Virus record (IMG/VR): IMGVR_UViG_3300033067_002133
Location: 1 to 58,786 of that record
Reading direction: 5' to 3' (one strand)
DNA: 58,786 nucleotides
DNA from: a virus
Taxonomy: Duplodnaviria; Caudoviricetes
Program-made: the position numbers and the translations under genes
Shown here: positions 36,916 to 46,200 of the stretch, piece by piece
Position numbering within the stretch: the stretch's first letter is position 1
Layout: the number at the start of each line of letters is the position of its first letter
The notes under the pieces: generated by a model
Databases searched by the model: none
What the model was told of the DNA's origin: nothing
The model's input: the letters and a program-made list of their open reading frames with translations, nothing else

Positions 36916-38369
36916 AAAACCTCTGATCGTAATTCACCAGAATCAACTTGAGCCGCAAACACCAGCAACCCACGATCTTTCGCCATCTGAGCGACTTCAA
37001 CACGCTTCTCTGGATCGAGCGATTGCCAGCCTTCTTGCTGAATACTGAGAATCGCATTTCTCCCAAGCCCCTTGGCGGCAATATCAAATGCCAGCCTCCA
37101 GCGCTCTCCAGTCGACAACTCAGAAACGGGCTCCATGCCTCGATCGCTGTGAACGCAAAGACGGCCATCCGATACGCGAATCATGTCAAAACCTGACTTG
37201 ATCAACGACTCCTCCAGCACTGCATCCATGCTTCGGGCTCGCACCCGCATTTTCTCCGCAATCGCCTGCTCCTCAAGACCTGATGCCTCGCTTTTCACTG
37301 CTCGATCCCAGGTTTCCTTTCCGCGACGAACAACTTCTGCGTTTTTGATTCGATCCGCGGCTTTGTTGACGTACAACTGAGCGTCGCCGATCGCGTCTTC
37401 GTCAACTTCATCGGGAATCGCAACCGAAACCGTTTTTCGAAGCGATTCAATCTTCTGCTGCCGGCTTCGCTCCGTCGCCAATGAAGCCCGAAGCGATTCG
37501 ATTTCTTTTCCAAGAGCATCGAACTCCAACTCCTTCTGCTCCACCAAACGACGAAACCGAACAAGCTCTCCTTCCGCAACCTCTCGCGCTGAACTCTTAG
37601 CCTCTATCTCACGCTCAAGCAAGAGAATGTCAACGCCGCTCTCGCTGTTTATTCGCTGGATCTCCTGGTCAGCAATTTTGACAGCCTGCATTGACTTTTC
37701 CCTCGCTGTCTTTGCGGCGTTCAATGCTGCCAATGTCTGATACGCTTCGTCGTACTCCGACTGCAATTTCTTGGCGTCACACGGCGCTGTCAAATCGATA
37801 TCTTTCACTGATTTCTTGAGCGCCGCGGCCTCGCTCAGATACGAATCGGCCTTTTTTTCACGACTCAGCGCGACATTGTGCAATGCTCGCCGAATCTTGT
37901 CGGACGTTTTGACCGGATCATCAACCACTAGGTCGTTAACCACGATCAACTCGCCAAACTCCCCAACCGTTTCGATCCATTTTTCCTGTGGAATCGTAAT
38001 GCCGGCCAAACGTACCACTGTCTCCAGCCGCTTTGAATCTGCGGCTTGCGGATCTTTGATTCCTGGGTCAACCAGAACGCTTGGATCAACTCCAGCATCA
38101 ATCGATTCGACCTCCAACTCGCCAAGTGCCGTTGTGCGACGACCCAACCGAACAGTCACACCAAAACCCTTGATCATGCCGTGATCGGCGCCGTCTGTAA
38201 CCGAAAGCTTTTTCCTGTCGTCAGCATCGGACAGCGCATTAATCGCAGCCAACGCATGCGTCTTTCCGCTTCCACATCGACCTCGCAGCAAAACGACACC
38301 ACCTTCTTCAGGAACATTCAACTCGAAGTTCTGAATAGGACCAACTTTTTTGATTTCAATCGTCTTCAT
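36912..38369 (-). CDS. Rad50/SbcC-like ABC ATPase with coiled coil (start moved to ATG 38369)
   Basis: Walker A GRCGSGKT, long coiled coil, signature LSTGE, QEGWQSLD. Confidence 0.75.
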   Translation of the reverse strand: MKTIEIKKVGPIQNFELNVPEEGGVVLLRGRCGSGKTHALAAINALSDADDRKKLSVTDGADHGMIKGFGVTVRLGRRTTALGELEVESIDAGVDPSVLVDPGIKDPQAADSKRLETVVRLAGITIPQEKWIETVGEFGELIVVNDLVVDDPVKTSDKIRRALHNVALSREKKADSYLSEAAALKKSVKDIDLTAPCDAKKLQSEYDEAYQTLAALNAAKTAREKSMQAVKIADQEIQRINSESGVDILLLEREIEAKSSAREVAEGELVRFRRLVEQKELEFDALGKEIESLRASLATERSRQQKIESLRKTVSVAIPDEVDEDAIGDAQLYVNKAADRIKNAEVVRRGKETWDRAVKSEASGLEEQAIAEKMRVRARSMDAVLEESLIKSGFDMIRVSDGRLCVHSDRGMEPVSELSTGERWRLAFDIAAKGLGRNAILSIQQEGWQSLDPEKRVEVAQMAKDRGLLVFAAQVDSGELRSEVL

Positions 38370-38692
38370 ATCACTCCCGCCAAAACAAACATAAAAAAAC
38401 AAATCACAATCAAGCAAACAACGAACAGCAGGCGCCGCCGGCCCTCCGTCACTGCATCTATTTCACTAACGACATTACTTCCAAACCTTGACATCCCGTA
38501 GTAACCATACGCCTCAATCAGAACAGCCCTTCGTATCGCTCGCTTGTCATCGCGGCTCAACGACTGCTTTGAAACCCAATAGACAAGGCGACGGTACATC
38601 CCTACTTCGTCAAAAGCAAACGCATCAATGCCTGGAACGCTTACGCTGATCCATTTTCCCTTCCGCTCTACCCTCCACTCTTGGTTCATCAC
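38366..38692 (-). CDS. hypothetical protein with C-terminal TM helix
   Basis: LLFVVCLIVICFFMFVLAGVI. Confidence 0.55.
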   Translation of the reverse strand: MMNQEWRVERKGKWISVSVPGIDAFAFDEVGMYRRLVYWVSKQSLSRDDKRAIRRAVLIEAYGYYGMSRFGSNVVSEIDAVTEGRRRLLFVVCLIVICFFMFVLAGVI

Positions 38693-38852
38693 AAATCAAC
38701 TCCTTCCTGACAAACTCCACGTGACTAGGCGCATCCAACCCAACCTTGACGACACCGCTTCGAATGGCGTTGATTGTTATCTCGTAACGACTTCCCGTTT
38801 CGTGGTCAATAACAACAATAACCTCGTCAACTTTCCTTCCCAACACTAACAT
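38625..38852 (-). CDS. csrA: CsrA/RsmA family RNA-binding protein
   Basis: MLVLGRKVDEVIVV...VKVGLDAPSHVEFVRKEL. Confidence 0.85.
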   Translation of the reverse strand: MLVLGRKVDEVIVVIDHETGSRYEITINAIRSGVVKVGLDAPSHVEFVRKELICDEPRVEGRAEGKMDQRKRSRH

Positions 38853-38873
38853 TGCTTCCCTGCTCTTTCTTTC

Positions 38874-39080
38874 TTACTGCGATGCAGTCAAAACGTCCAC
38901 GATATTTTTACGAATCACTTTGCAATAACGCTTGATAGTGCTAATCGTAAGCTCATCACCCGAATGCTCAATCTCAGAAACCCAAGATTGCGATACATTC
39001 AACTGCTCAGCAATCTGCACTTGCGTTTTTCCCAACTGAGCGCGAAACTCAGCTAGAACAACACCTATTTTCTTTGGCAT
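38874..39080 (-). CDS. Cro/XRE HTH regulator
   Basis: R..LGKTQVQIAEQLNVSQSWVSEIE; AGGAG RBS. Confidence 0.85.
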   Translation of the reverse strand: MPKKIGVVLAEFRAQLGKTQVQIAEQLNVSQSWVSEIEHSGDELTISTIKRYCKVIRKNIVDVLTASQ

Positions 39081-39119
39081 TATTTCTCCTTTTGTAGTTT
39101 ACTTGAACCATGTTTAGCT

Positions 39120-39149
39120 TATATTAGCTGTAGCATATATTGTGTCAAC
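39120..39149 (-). promoter_or_regulatory. variant of the repeated promoter motif at the divergence point
   Basis: GTTGACA-N15-CTAATATA upstream of the Cro-like gene. Confidence 0.6.
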
Positions 39150-39168
39150 ACAAAATCTGGATAAAAAC

Positions 39169-39942
39169 ATGAACGAACTCTTGTCGCCGATCGATCGCCA
39201 AACACTTCGCCGCCTGGAAAAGCTTATAGACGACAACATAAAGGCGTTTCTAAAATGCGGAAATGCTTTGAAGGAAATCAGGGACAATAAGCTTTACAGG
39301 GAAACTCACAAAACATTTGAGGCGTACTGCGAGGATCGGTTTGAATTCGGCAAGTCCCAGGCGTACCGGTTGATTGACGCTGCGGATGAAATGGCGTCGA
39401 TCCAGCACCTACCAGGCTCGGAAGCAATCACCAGTGTTGCTCAGGTTTCCAGCATCGCAAAACTAAAACCTGAAGACAAGCCAAGCGTTCTTGCCGATAT
39501 TGCCGCAAGCAAGAAAACCAAAAAGTCGGTCAACAGTATTATCAAAGACAAAATCAACGAAACTATCGACATACCGCTTTCTGAAGCCGTTGACAAGATT
39601 ATCGAAAAGCGCATAGAAGACGACGAGGCGCCACCTCACACTGCTGGCGCCGCAGACAGACGGCCGAAAATCTGGGCCGCGGCCAACAAGCTTGATGGCT
39701 TGCTGAGTGATCTGAAAGCAATCGCCGTAACAGACGGTGGACAGTACGTTAAAAAAGATCTGGAGATGTTCGAGAACGAACTAATGCTTTTGAAGCAGCG
39801 AATTCGTTCATGCGCCTATCATGCAATCTGCCCATCGTGTGACGGTCGAAAATGCAGAACATGCCTAAAGACTGGGTGGATTGCGAAAAACGTCCTTCCG
39901 ATGCTTTCTCCTACTGAACGAGACAAACTGGGGATTCAATGA
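39169..39942 (+). CDS. phage DNA-binding protein with C-terminal Zn finger (start moved to ATG 39169)
   Basis: GNALKEIRD.KLYR..TFEAYC..RF....AYRLIDAA; CPSC..CRTC. Confidence 0.7.
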   Translation: MNELLSPIDRQTLRRLEKLIDDNIKAFLKCGNALKEIRDNKLYRETHKTFEAYCEDRFEFGKSQAYRLIDAADEMASIQHLPGSEAITSVAQVSSIAKLKPEDKPSVLADIAASKKTKKSVNSIIKDKINETIDIPLSEAVDKIIEKRIEDDEAPPHTAGAADRRPKIWAAANKLDGLLSDLKAIAVTDGGQYVKKDLEMFENELMLLKQRIRSCAYHAICPSCDGRKCRTCLKTGWIAKNVLPMLSPTERDKLGIQ

Positions 39943-41747
39943 AATTTTTGTTTGAAGATTTTTTCACCAAAGAAAAGTCGACCGAGATTGTTTCTGAAAT
40001 CAGCAAGCAGTCTGTTGTCCTTCGAGACTATCAGATTGCGGCCGTCAACAACGCCTACGCCTGTCTGGAAAAACACCAGTCGACTCTGATTAACCTTCCA
40101 ACCGGAACGGGAAAGTCCGTTTGTTTTTCAGAGTTTATGCGTCGATGGGAGGGCGGTCGAATTTTGCTGATGGCTCACCGCAAGGAACTAATCTACCAGG
40201 CTGTCGGACACGCCGGCAGAGCCAACCTGACGGCCGGAGTTGAAATGGGCGCCAAGCGATGCCGGGGCGATGAGGATGTTATCGTTTCATCCGTTCAGAC
40301 CTTGATCGCGCCTTCCAAGTGCCAGGATTGCATGGGCGCCGGATGTTCTGTTTGCGGTGGATCTGGGAAGGTTAGGCGGATGACTCGCTTCTCTCCGTTT
40401 GACTTTGGGCTTCTCGTGATCGACGAGGCCCACCACGCGGTTGCCGACTCATATCGAACAATTATGGGGTTTTTTGGCCGAAACCCCAACATGAAAGAGC
40501 TTCTCGTCACGGCAACACCGCAACGAGCGGACAAAAAGGGTCTGCACAACATTTGCACATCCGTCGCCTACGAAATGAGCCTGCCGGATGCGATCGATCT
40601 TGGATGGCTTGTCCCTATTCGGCAGAAATTTGTCACTGTTGACGGGCTGGATCTGAGCAAAGTTGATGTCTCGAAGGGCGATTTAGTCGCAAGCCAGCTT
40701 GAAAGCGCCTTTCTGGGGACCGATGAAGATGAAGAACGAATGCTCCACGCGATTGCCAAGCCCGCGGTGGATCTCGCTGCCGGCCGCTCTACGCTTGTTT
40801 TCTCAAGCGGCAAAGAGCATGCGGTTAAATTGACTGCTGCATTCAACGCTTACGAGGGGGTGACTGCCGCCTGCGTTATCGAAGACACCGACCCGCTCGT
40901 GCGAGATCAGGTGATCAGCGATTACAAGGCCGGCCGAATCCAGATTCTTGTCAACTGCATGGTTTTCACTGAAGGGTTCGACGCGCCCAACACCGCGGTT
41001 ATCGTCAATTGCCGGCCAACGAAAAGCGAATCATTGATCGCTCAAATCATCGGTCGAGTAACCAGACCACTGCCTGGGGTTGTCGACGGCCCGCAGACGC
41101 CGGACGAACGCAAACAAGCAATAGCAGACAGCGCCAAGCCATACGGGCTCGTGCTTGATTTTGTCGGCAATTCTGGCCGTCACAAAATAGTCACGACGAT
41201 CGACATCTTGTGCGGCGATAAAGTTGACCCACTGGACATCGAGGAGGCTTTGAAAGTCGCTCAAAAATCAGAAGAACCGGTCGACATGGAAGAACTGGCT
41301 GAAAAGGCAAAACAAGCACGAGAGGAGCGCGAAAAACGAAAAGAACTCGATCGGCTACTGCGATTGACCACTTCGAACTATGCCAACGCGGCCGACTATA
41401 GCGCGGTCGACGTAAGCCTGTTTACTGGAGAAAACTTTGAATTTCAAGCGGATGATCAGCCGGCCACGAAAAAGCAAGCCGGTTTTATGAACCATTTTTG
41501 CGGAATCCCTTTTAAGCAGGGAATCAAACTTACCAGCCGGCAAGCAAATGCCATTATCTCTGAATCACGGCACAAAGCTGCTTCTGACTGGGAGAAGATT
41601 TTCTCAATGGCTCGATCAAAAGAAGATCTTCGGAGGGCCGGTCTTCAACTCAACAATCGAAAATCGAAAGACAGATTGATTAGCCACAACGCGACTCTTT
41701 CTCGACTTCGAGATTTTTACAACAAAAAAATGAAGGATCTTGATTGA
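39939..41747 (+). CDS. superfamily 2 (DEAH) helicase
   Basis: LRDYQ, PTGTGKS, DEAHH, TATP, TEGFD, QIIGRVTR. Confidence 0.92.
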   Translation: MKFLFEDFFTKEKSTEIVSEISKQSVVLRDYQIAAVNNAYACLEKHQSTLINLPTGTGKSVCFSEFMRRWEGGRILLMAHRKELIYQAVGHAGRANLTAGVEMGAKRCRGDEDVIVSSVQTLIAPSKCQDCMGAGCSVCGGSGKVRRMTRFSPFDFGLLVIDEAHHAVADSYRTIMGFFGRNPNMKELLVTATPQRADKKGLHNICTSVAYEMSLPDAIDLGWLVPIRQKFVTVDGLDLSKVDVSKGDLVASQLESAFLGTDEDEERMLHAIAKPAVDLAAGRSTLVFSSGKEHAVKLTAAFNAYEGVTAACVIEDTDPLVRDQVISDYKAGRIQILVNCMVFTEGFDAPNTAVIVNCRPTKSESLIAQIIGRVTRPLPGVVDGPQTPDERKQAIADSAKPYGLVLDFVGNSGRHKIVTTIDILCGDKVDPLDIEEALKVAQKSEEPVDMEELAEKAKQAREEREKRKELDRLLRLTTSNYANAADYSAVDVSLFTGENFEFQADDQPATKKQAGFMNHFCGIPFKQGIKLTSRQANAIISESRHKAASDWEKIFSMARSKEDLRRAGLQLNNRKSKDRLISHNATLSRLRDFYNKKMKDLD

Positions 41748-42022
41748 TGCGAGACACACCGGAATACCAAGAGCGAGAAGCCATTATGAAGTTTGATGGC
41801 AAGGTTTCTGACGACGAACTCACTGTCATGCTGCCATACCAGCACGCGCTTGCATTAATCGATTCTGCTGGAGGCATTCTTGAATTGATGGAAATTGCAG
41901 CTATGCTAAAAAAAGAAGTCGAAAACAACTACGAATGGACAAAAGGCCCGCTTCTCGGCATTGTCAAGAAAAAGTGGGCGTCCAAAAAAAATTCGTTTAC
42001 ATCAAACGAAAAAGCCGAATAA
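41744..42022 (+). CDS. hypothetical protein
   Basis: coupled to the helicase stop; EREAIM.FDG motif. Confidence 0.6.
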   Translation: MMRDTPEYQEREAIMKFDGKVSDDELTVMLPYQHALALIDSAGGILELMEIAAMLKKEVENNYEWTKGPLLGIVKKKWASKKNSFTSNEKAE

Positions 42023-42352
42023 CCAAATTACATCTTAATCCAGGGGTAGCCCCTGCGAACTGATGGCGGGCTCGACCCGGTACCAGGGCTGGCTACATGA
42101 AACACCAAGATAGAAAATGTTTGTCCCAAAAAATGGGACGAATCTTACCTAGATTAACATTTCTCTATCCGTGGACAGGAGCGCCCGCGGGCGTCGGTGG
42201 ATACCACGATAAAAACACGGAGGGCGATCGAAAGCGGTGGGGGCGATGGGTGGTGAAGACAACCTTTCGTTTACTTTCGACTGAGCCTGCAAGGGCTCTC
42301 TCTGCTCAAAGGGCTCCGAATAGTGAAACACAACAAGGACCGAGCGGTGCAA

Positions 42353-42769
42353 ATGGAAAGTCAACAACAGTCGGGGCGCGCGCAGGGCGATGATCCTGTG
42401 AAAAATTTCACAAAGTCTCCCGAATCTTCAAACGTAATTGTCGAAATGTGCCATGACGGGTGCATTAAAGTTTACGGACCAAAGAATGTGAATGTCACAT
42501 TTGTAAATCGACCGAAAGTTTCTTCTGTTGATGCCGAATTAAAGCTCGAAGAATTGATAGAATCGAGCCTTCCCATTCGTTTCGCTGAGAATTACTACCC
42601 AAACGCACTTCGGGCTCAAAACGTGTTTAAGCCGCAAACAATGCAAGAGTTTCAGCATACCGTCTGGGCTCTTTCTGCCGACGACGCGATAAGGCGCGCT
42701 GGTAATCCAGATTTCTACGTCCAGAAAATGAGAAACTTGGTGGCGAGGGCTCTTGAAATCACTCGTTAG
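42353..42769 (+). CDS. hypothetical protein (start uncertain, 42323 or 42353)
   Basis: ends convergently with the tail operon. Confidence 0.55.
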   Translation: MESQQQSGRAQGDDPVKNFTKSPESSNVIVEMCHDGCIKVYGPKNVNVTFVNRPKVSSVDAELKLEELIESSLPIRFAENYYPNALRAQNVFKPQTMQEFQHTVWALSADDAIRRAGNPDFYVQKMRNLVARALEITR

Positions 42770-43197
42770 CGCCCGAAAGCGATCAAACCGTTCGTCTCGT
42801 CAAAATAGATCGGCGCCGCACTTCCCGATGGAACCTGCCTCAAGAATCCGTAATCGATGCCACCGATAATCTCATCGGCTGGAGCCGTATCGTTCAGGAC
42901 GATCAATGTTCGGTAAGCAGCCATTCCGGCTCCACTGCTCGTCCAAACTGGTGAAGCAATGATTAACCTTGGGATGTCATTGCTATCGAGCCCCCACGAT
43001 GTGACGGTCAATGTAACTCCTCCGGTCGTGTATCCATTGCCGTTGGCAATTTCATCTCCAGAGCAATCCGCCCATTCATTCCAGTCAAGATCCAGCGCAG
43101 AGGTTATTAGCCTCGCTTTTAATGTGTCTGAGCCTAGCGTGTGCTTTTCCGCGGCAAGTGCCAAAATGAATTGGTTTGATATTTGAAACTGAGACAT
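42766..43197 (-). CDS. virion tail-associated protein
   Basis: DTLKARL..EIANGNGYTTGG.TL..IGGIDYG. Confidence 0.7.
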   Translation of the reverse strand: MSQFQISNQFILALAAEKHTLGSDTLKARLITSALDLDWNEWADCSGDEIANGNGYTTGGVTLTVTSWGLDSNDIPRLIIASPVWTSSGAGMAAYRTLIVLNDTAPADEIIGGIDYGFLRQVPSGSAAPIYFDETNGLIAFGR

Positions 43198-43208
43198 TGT
43201 TTTTTTCC

Positions 43209-45719
43209 TTAAACCATTTCAGTGTCCGCTCCACTGTCAGGCGACAGAAGGCCTCGTGATGTTATGATTTGAATGTTTTCCGTGTCGACAACGCTAGCCG
43301 GATCTCCATAGATATCAACGGACTGTAGAACCTGAACAATTGCTTGTCCTGGTCCACCACCGCCCGGTCCTCCTGGCCCACCGCCACCACCACCAGATGA
43401 CGGCGAAAACTCCCACGGTGCTACTTCGTTCATTGTTAAACAAAACTTTCCGATTGCAAGATAAGCTCCAACGCTTGCTGGATGACTTGGGTTGTTGTTG
43501 AATCCTGTCATTTGAACATGAAGGCTTAATCTTGAAGTTTGAATGCCAGGCCTTGTTTGAAGTATAAATGGTATTGTAAATGGCAATCTAAATGGGAATG
43601 TTGATGTCGAATCTGATGGTGGAAGCAATCCGAATCCCTGCGGAGAAATTTCTACTGGATTAGCAATTAAATTGTTGTTGTCAGAAACATCACTTGAATG
43701 TCTAAGCGTCAACACAGCGTAAAATGTTTGAGCTATTGCGAATTGAAGTTCGCCAACATTTATTGATCTACCTTGCAGGGAAACATTTACATATCCAGAT
43801 AAAACACCTCTCCATGTCGATGGTCCATCGAACCTTAATCCATTGTCGAAATTAACGATATTCGCTGTTGAGTTTTTAGCAAATTTGTAATTTGATCCAT
43901 TGCCTTGTGGACCTAACCAGCACAATCCAGAAGCCGTAGGCTGTGACGCGGTAGTCTGAAAACCTGGAGCCATTCCAAATCCGTAAAGCCCTACCCAGCC
44001 TGGCTCATCGTGATACTTCAGATCAATGATTGCCCATTTCTCACCAGTTCCATTTTCTCGCCATAGAATCGGAAATCCAAGATTGTTTTCATTGTGAAGT
44101 GCTTCAAGTCGTTGCGTCGGGCTAGATCGAGCGATGTGTGCAAATCGAGGTGTGGTCTGAAATTCAGAGTAAACTTTCACTGGAACATGACCAGTGATTC
44201 GACATGGGACCACCGCGCCGGCTGCGCATTCTTCTAAAACAACAGCGAGTCGTTTAGAGTACGTTGAAAACGTTGGCGTTGATCCCCAAAAAATTGTTCC
44301 GATCAAATCCGTTGGTAATGTGCCACCAGCGTTTTCTATGTGATTGATTTCAAGAATGCCGTACTGAGGAACTGTTGATTCAGATGTGTTTCGAATATAA
44401 ACCAGTTCTTGAGAGTCGCAGCATTCATTTCGCTTGTCTGGATCTGATTGAGCGAAGTGAGTGTTTCGAATTTGGTGAATCTCAAAATACTTCGAACTAA
44501 CCTGGCATCGGTATTGCTTTCTCGGATTGTCAAACCGAAAAGAAAAGTGCCAATACTCCACACCGTAAATGCCGGCATAAGCATTGTAGATCCCATCGGC
44601 TAACGACTGAGCAATCGTAATCAAATTCGCTTCATTGGTAGGCGTAGTGTCCGTTCCGGTAAACTTGGCGTAGTAGCTGCTGTAGATCGGGTATGGCGCT
44701 GTGTTGTTGACGCCTCCGTATTCGGTCGTCGTTGTCGCTGTTTTTGTGTATGACGTTTCACCACACCCTGGTTCATTGTCGACCATCTTGGGAAAGATGA
44801 CGACGAAGTTTTTTGGGAAGTATTGGTGATAATCAATAAATGAATTATTGGACGGCGATCGGGATTCGTCAGTATAGGCAGTTGTGTCAAAAACGCCTGG
44901 TATCTCGCCGGCATACATTCCCGGCCAATTGGTTTGATTTCTCCATGGCGCTGTTATTAAAGCGTATGGAATGCAAAGAGAATCGCAAACCGCTTTGATA
45001 AGTGGGCCTATTGGATGTCCTGGTCGATAAAGCTGGATAGAGTCAGGGTATCCAAAACTGGATTCCGCGCTGCTTATGTATGAAGCAACATTTGAGAAAA
45101 CTTCACTCAATCCAGCGGTTGACAATGCACTGTCAATCGAATCGGTTAGCGTTGACCACTGAGCAGTCTCCGGCCATTCGCCAACTGTCATTGCTGTTGT
45201 TTGCCAAAAATATCGCTCGTCAACGATCGTTATGATGTCAACGGAAGTGTTGAGTTTCTTGCCGATATCATAATCAGTTCCAACAGTTTGAGATGAAACG
45301 ATTTTCACATTGATTGTATGAGTTGTTCGCTCTCCATTTCCATCGATAGACTTGATCGACAACGACAAAAATTCGTTTCGCTTTTTCATCAATTCAATGG
45401 AGTCTTCTACTGTTACAAGTAGATACCCAACCATCCAAGCAGTTGGAGACAGCGGGTAATAAATATCACCCACTTTCATTGCCGGCCGCGGCGATAGGTT
45501 GTCCAGTGGCAGGTTTCTCAGTGGATGTGGGCAAGATTGATTATTGAGCGAGTAGTGACCAAAATAGCTTGACTTGTCGTTGCCGTCTGTAGCCTGCGGG
45601 CAATAGAGATCCAGCATGTCGTTAAGCTTTCCTTCAGGATCGGCCAACAGGACAGGCTTTCCGTCAAGGAGTATCTCGACATTGCTAAACCATGCTTCCG
45701 ACATTACGACATATCCCAA
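43209..45719 (-). CDS. putative tail tip/baseplate hub protein
   Basis: 836 aa in the tail operon; Gly-rich linker near the C-terminus. Confidence 0.6.
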   Translation of the reverse strand: MGYVVMSEAWFSNVEILLDGKPVLLADPEGKLNDMLDLYCPQATDGNDKSSYFGHYSLNNQSCPHPLRNLPLDNLSPRPAMKVGDIYYPLSPTAWMVGYLLVTVEDSIELMKKRNEFLSLSIKSIDGNGERTTHTINVKIVSSQTVGTDYDIGKKLNTSVDIITIVDERYFWQTTAMTVGEWPETAQWSTLTDSIDSALSTAGLSEVFSNVASYISSAESSFGYPDSIQLYRPGHPIGPLIKAVCDSLCIPYALITAPWRNQTNWPGMYAGEIPGVFDTTAYTDESRSPSNNSFIDYHQYFPKNFVVIFPKMVDNEPGCGETSYTKTATTTTEYGGVNNTAPYPIYSSYYAKFTGTDTTPTNEANLITIAQSLADGIYNAYAGIYGVEYWHFSFRFDNPRKQYRCQVSSKYFEIHQIRNTHFAQSDPDKRNECCDSQELVYIRNTSESTVPQYGILEINHIENAGGTLPTDLIGTIFWGSTPTFSTYSKRLAVVLEECAAGAVVPCRITGHVPVKVYSEFQTTPRFAHIARSSPTQRLEALHNENNLGFPILWRENGTGEKWAIIDLKYHDEPGWVGLYGFGMAPGFQTTASQPTASGLCWLGPQGNGSNYKFAKNSTANIVNFDNGLRFDGPSTWRGVLSGYVNVSLQGRSINVGELQFAIAQTFYAVLTLRHSSDVSDNNNLIANPVEISPQGFGLLPPSDSTSTFPFRLPFTIPFILQTRPGIQTSRLSLHVQMTGFNNNPSHPASVGAYLAIGKFCLTMNEVAPWEFSPSSGGGGGGPGGPGGGGPGQAIVQVLQSVDIYGDPASVVDTENIQIITSRGLLSPDSGADTEMV

Positions 45720-46192
45720 TCAAATTGTAAGTGGAATGCGACTTGAAACGATGAATTGTCACGAGACGGTTTGTACCAAGCATAATTGTCTGGGAATAAT
45801 GGCTGATTCACGATAATGTCGCTTGAATCCGCTGGAGCCCAACCGGCCAATGCTTTGATAACTGGTTTTGCTTTGATAAACAAACCTGTATCTGCGTTGT
45901 TAAACATTTCCTTCGCGCGGGCCGGCTCGTCTCGCTGGCTAGAATTGTGAACCGTTACGATGATCATCGTGTTGACCGTCATAACGCCTTGACCACCTCC
46001 ATCAAAGCATCGGCCGTCAAACGTCCCCTTGGGCGCTGGGCTAACAATGTAATAAATCTCTCCAGCCGATGGTGGATCGGAGTCTGGATTGTCGCTGATA
46101 AAGCACAACGGCTCGGCTACTGAAAGTTGAGATCGTAGTCGCGCAGCAATCGCTTCGAGAATAACACTCGGCAATCCATCGGTCATCGCCAT
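45704..46192 (-). CDS. putative tail completion/terminator-like protein
   Basis: ILEAIAARL opening, size and position. Confidence 0.45.
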   Translation of the reverse strand: MAMTDGLPSVILEAIAARLRSQLSVAEPLCFISDNPDSDPPSAGEIYYIVSPAPKGTFDGRCFDGGGQGVMTVNTMIIVTVHNSSQRDEPARAKEMFNNADTGLFIKAKPVIKALAGWAPADSSDIIVNQPLFPDNYAWYKPSRDNSSFQVAFHLQFDWDMS

Positions 46193-46200
46193 GACAAATC

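Noticed and set aside
42060-42095. tRNA suggested by GGGCTCGACCCG
   Set aside because: T-loop is not TTCRA and I could not build a cloverleaf.
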